DNA from: Reclinomonas americana ATCC 50394
Lineage: Eukaryota
Assembly (NCBI GenBank): GCA_048213135.1
Contig: PS015078.1
Coordinates: forward strand, 1-43,720
Length of the DNA stretch: 43,720 nucleotides
Direction of reading: 5' to 3'
Each line of letters opens with the position of its first letter. Positions within the stretch are counted from its first letter, which is position 1. Under the pieces are notes generated by a model, which made no database searches, was not told where the DNA came from, and saw nothing but the letters and a program-made list of their open reading frames with translations. Shown here piece by piece: positions 39,501-43,720 of the stretch. Position numbers and translations under genes: made by a program.

Positions 39501-41300
39501 GTCGGGATCGACCTCCGAATCGCCACCGTCCGAGTCGTCGTCTGAGTAGTCCTTGACAGGAATGCTGCACGCATTTCCAAGTGTTAGGTTCGCGCCAACA
39601 ACGAATCCATCGACACTCGTGTGTGCGACGCAACGCCGATGAATCGTTGCGCACGGGTGCCATGAGACCGCCACCAGACGACTTGTGGAAAGCATTGGCC
39701 GCTGACACACAATGAAAAGTGAGTGAACAGTTTGTGGGAAAAAAACATGACCGCCGTGCTCATGCTCACCTTCAGCGCGGTTGCTGACAACCTTGACGTG
39801 GCGACCGCCAACGCCACTCGACGAGACATCTGCAAGGTAAGATACATGCGGTGAGCAACAACCCTTTGTGGCATTCATAATGGAATCACACGGCATCGCA
39901 CCCTTGACAGAGCGTGCGACATTGATGGCGCGCGACTGTTCCTCCGCGCCACTCGGGCGTCGCGTGGACTGCATAAGATGGACTCGGTGAGCAGGCGACG
40001 AAAAAGAGGCACGCATGTGTGTGTGTGTGGGAAACGCACGGATGCCATCTCCACTGTGCCTGGGATGGATGGTCGCACGGCCCAGTCGGGTTTGTTGCCG
40101 TCGAGAATCGAGTCGGCGAGCGACGGGCGCTGCTGACGGCTGCGTGACTCACTCGGAGAGTTCTCTGGTGACGTGTGCTCCGCTGCGCTGACGGACGACA
40201 GCTGCGATGATTCGCGGCTGGATTCGTGACTCGAGGGGCGACTCGACACGCGCCGGCTGACCGGTCGCGACGGAGCCTGCATGAATGTGTTGAGCTCCTC
40301 CGCCGTCGCCTGGCCCGGACGTGGAATCGGCAGCACATCACCCGTCTCGGGGCTAACGTCAAGACAAGGAGTGAGCGTGGCAGAGCAGCAACAGCGACGG
40401 AGAGCATTCACAGCGCACTTGATGTAGTAGCTCATGATCCAGTCGTAGTCGTCGTAGCCAAAGTTACCAATGCCGAAACCACTGGCGCGACGCGGCGCCT
40501 CCACAGGCGGTTGTCGCTGCACCGACGGCATGTGCTGCGGAAGCTCATGCTCCTTGCTACCAGCCGCCACCTCCTGCGGCGGCGCATACCCATCATCTTC
40601 ATCGTCGCGCGCATACGACTTGCCACACCGATTCGCCAAGCAGTACACCATCCACACCAGCAGACACATGCCCACCAGACTGCCACCAAAGATGAGCAGG
40701 AAGTCGACGGGCACGACTGTCGCCAAGTCGGATCGTGGCAGGAACTTGGCAATGGCGCCCACAATCAGCGCAGTGGCACCCGACAGCAGTGTCAGGTACC
40801 ACACCATGATCACCATTGACTTGAACACGACAAGCAGCAGTGCGGCAATCAGCAGTGGCAAGCCGACAAGAAGAAGCAAGAACATGCTGAGAGAAATCGC
40901 GAGTCAGTCATTGAGTGATGGAGATGGAGAGAGGCAGGCAAAATAATGCACCCGCGAAAGTCGAGCACTGGAACCCATGGAAAGGCATAGCGCAGGCCCA
41001 CGTTGAGGTAGTTGAGCTGCAAGTGTGCACATATCAGACACTTCTTCGTTCTCTCTCTCTCTCGTTCTTTCTCTCTCTCTTTCTCTCATTGTTCACGCAC
41101 CCACTTGGCGTACTTGGACCAGCCGTCGGGCACCAGCACGTCGTGGTTTTGATTGAGTGCAAAGAACTGCGCGAGAAGGTCGTGCGCGTGTGTGAATCTT
41201 ACACTTTATGTCTCTCACAAGCGCGCGCGCGCGTGCACACACACAGAGAGCGTACCTGCAAGTAGGTGACGAGAATTTCAATCACCTCCGCGAGGCCCAT
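36557..41300 (-). CDS. Large multi-pass membrane protein with Cys-rich loops (protist GPCR/TRP-C-like TM family)
   Basis: MGLAEVIEILVTYLQ|FFAL.. with many TM helices; RLQADPTLSCTGEIWPYY..LYCVGIP, LYSSYAYKWRYWKVIQIVQK, CRPY motifs; Cys-rich C-terminus ending LAYLW*. Confidence 0.7.
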
Positions 41301-41417
41301 TTTCCTTGCGCGCGCACTCACTCACTCTCTGCAAGTTGTTATAAATGATGTTCGATTGCAGAGAGTCGGTTCACCTTTGCCGTGACATGACAATTGCATC
41401 CTTATGTATACTATCAC

Positions 41418-43720
41418 TCACAGTGGCTGTGCCAACAAGTGCTCCTGTAGCTCACTGTCCAAGGTGACCAGATCGTCGCCGGGTCTGCGAGGCCGTTTCA
41501 GCTGTACATGCACGGTGGGCGGTGAGTAGAACGCACGATATTTCCGATATCTTGCAAAAAAACGTCACCAGTAGTCCAGTGTGCACAGGCGGTGGGGCAG
41601 GGCGTTTTCGGGATACAGTGATAAGAGGGGCAGAGGCATGGGCAGGTGGGGGCAGTGGTACAGGGCAAGGAGTTAGGCGAGGGGAAGTGACAGGCGAGGC
41701 AAAGGCAGAGGGACCAGTCCACGTCCGCAGCGGCTGCTGCGCGGCACACGCATACAGTCAGACAAAACACAGCGTGTGGTAAGCAAGGCAGCGTGCAGTA
41801 CCGCGCGAGGTGGAGTCGACGGCGGCAGCAGCAGGGTGGACGAGGAAGGATGACCGCACTCGTCTTCGTCGTTGGAGAGAAGCGGCACAGACAGGTGGGC
41901 AAGCGATGGGGTCGTTCTGCGCGCGGGAGGGGAATCGCATGTCGGTGAGTTTCCATTCCCACTCTCCATCTTCACGCAAGATAGCTTCGCAACTCGGGAC
42001 ACCGAAGCATCATGGTCGTAGCGTCATCCTCGGCACTGCACGAACAATGCAATGAGACAAAAAAGGCACCGAAAATAGATTTCTCGCGCCACTCGCAACA
42101 CAAACGTCTCGAAACGCAACAACTCTTCTGCAGCCGAGGGCGCGACCAATGTGATAACAGAGCAGGCGGGACGCAGCAGCGGCGACGGCACAGCATTCGC
42201 CAATGACGGCGGCGGAACAAGTTCAAATGTGGACTGGACAGCTATTGGAGCGGATGACGACGACGACGACGACGACGGCGGCCTGTGCTCCCAGTGATGA
42301 GACACGTAAGACAATACGCACACGGGGGTAGTGGCAAACGCAACGGCATGTCATCGAGCCACCACTCCAACAGTGAATCTCGCTTGCTGCACATTCACGA
42401 AAGGCAACCAGTCAGACCCAGAAAACGCCCCCATGTGGCCTCTCTCGCGCAACTTCAACATGGAGAAGAAATCCTCATGCTGTTGCTGCTGCTGCTGATG
42501 CAACGAAGGAGGTGGTGGTGGAGGTGGAGGTGGAGGAGGCGGAGGCAAAGCTAATGCAACAGCGGGTGGTGGTGGTGGCGGCGGTGGAAGCAGAGACAGC
42601 GGCAGTGGCAGCCACTGCATCACTGCAGGCGCCTCTGCTGCTGCTGGCGCATACACAGCCGCCAGAGCGGGGATGGAGACGGGCGTGGAGACAGCCGGTG
42701 ACACACTGACGACCCCCGCAGATGCTGACTGCTGCTGTTGCGTGCGCTGGTGCGGAGTCGGTGTCGCCAGCAACTTCTTGCGACGATGTTGAAACCACGC
42801 AGTGATACGTGCCGCGGGCATGCCAGTTTGCGTCACCAACAGCTCACGCGTACTCTTCGCCAAGTACGGCGACTCGGCAAAGGCCGCCTCCAAAATCGCA
42901 AGCTGCTCGTGAAGGGGTGAGCACACAGGCGGCCTCTGTCTCTGTCTCCTTCCACACACACNNNNNNNNNNNNNNNNNNNNNNNNNNNNNNNNNNNNNNN
43001 NNNNNNNNNNNNNNNNNNNNNNNNNNNNNNNNNNNNNNNNNNNNNNNNNNNNNNNNNNNNNNNNNNNNNNNNNNNNNNNNNNNNNNNNNNNNNNNNNNNN
43101 NNNNNNNNNNNNNNNNNNNNNNNNNNNNNNNNNNNNNNNNNNNNNNNNNNNNNNNNNNNNNNNNNNNNNNNNNNNNNNNNNNNNNNNNNNNNNNNNNNNN
43201 NNNNNNNNNNNNNNNNNNNNNNNNNNNNNGCACGCACCTGCTCAGCAGAGGCCAGCTGCTTGCGCGCAGAAGCAGACGAGGACGAGGACGACATGTCTGC
43301 GTGTTCCGTCTCCTTCTTGGCTGCCAACCGCCGCCACTCATCGACAAAGGGCGCAAAGCGCGGGCACACCTCGAGGTGCTTGCGCAGCAACTGCGCAGAC
43401 TCCTTCCCGTGAAAGAGCGCCACTCGCTCGTGCTTGCGCGCTCCATCACACTTGTGCACGGTGCCATCGTGCGGGTCCACAGGCGCGCACGGGCACAGCA
43501 AGGCAGTGTCGACTGCGCTGGTGCTGTGCTCGGAGGTGCAGGCGAGCTGGGCGCGCTTGAGGCGGCTGTGGCGGCCGAGCATGACTGCGCGGGAGCCGGG
43601 CGGGTGCGGCGTGTCTAGGTGGTCCAGGTGCTCGCATAGCTCCTGCAGTGTGCGGAAGGAGCGCGGGCACAGCGACGACACGCAGCGGAGAAACGTGGTC
43701 GGCCGACCTCCGCTCATCGC
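41418..43720 (-). CDS. Zn-finger plus homeodomain transcription factor (5' end outside the window)
   Basis: C2H2-like CVSSLCPRSFRTLQELCEHLDH. Homeodomain EQLAILEAAFAESPY..RELLVTQTGM..RITAWFQHRRKK (about 42935-42770). P/Q-rich tail joined through four phase-2 GTTGCG introns to the stop at 41418. Confidence 0.75.

Overview
This is a gene-dense, intron-rich eukaryotic (protist-like) genomic scaffold in the standard genetic code, with many N gaps and (GT)n/(GA)n/pyrimidine tracts inside introns. I cannot assign the lineage. By hand I reconstructed about 22 spliced genes. The confident calls are HPPD, SQT1/AAMP, LAMTOR2, a Canopy/CNPY-like saposin, a UIM-containing TDP1, an ER DnaJ, an alpha-arrestin, two high-identity WD40 paralogs and a Zn-finger homeobox gene. 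Tentative calls are a pseudo-NDK, a FANCF-like gene, a PIGBOS1-like microprotein, an Orai-like 4-TM protein and a longin-like protein. The main observation is that about 34-39 introns use a '+1-shifted' 5' splice site (GTTGCGT, GTTGAGT, GTTGTGT, GTTTCGT and similar), which is the ordinary GTGCGT/GTGAGT motif moved one base downstream. None of these has G at exon position -1, and homologous introns in a tandem paralog pair switch register in step with that -1 base. In addition, four short gap-flanked contigs carry gene pieces on the opposite strand from the rest of their gene, most likely through scaffold mis-orientation. All gene models are manual and have not been checked against transcripts.
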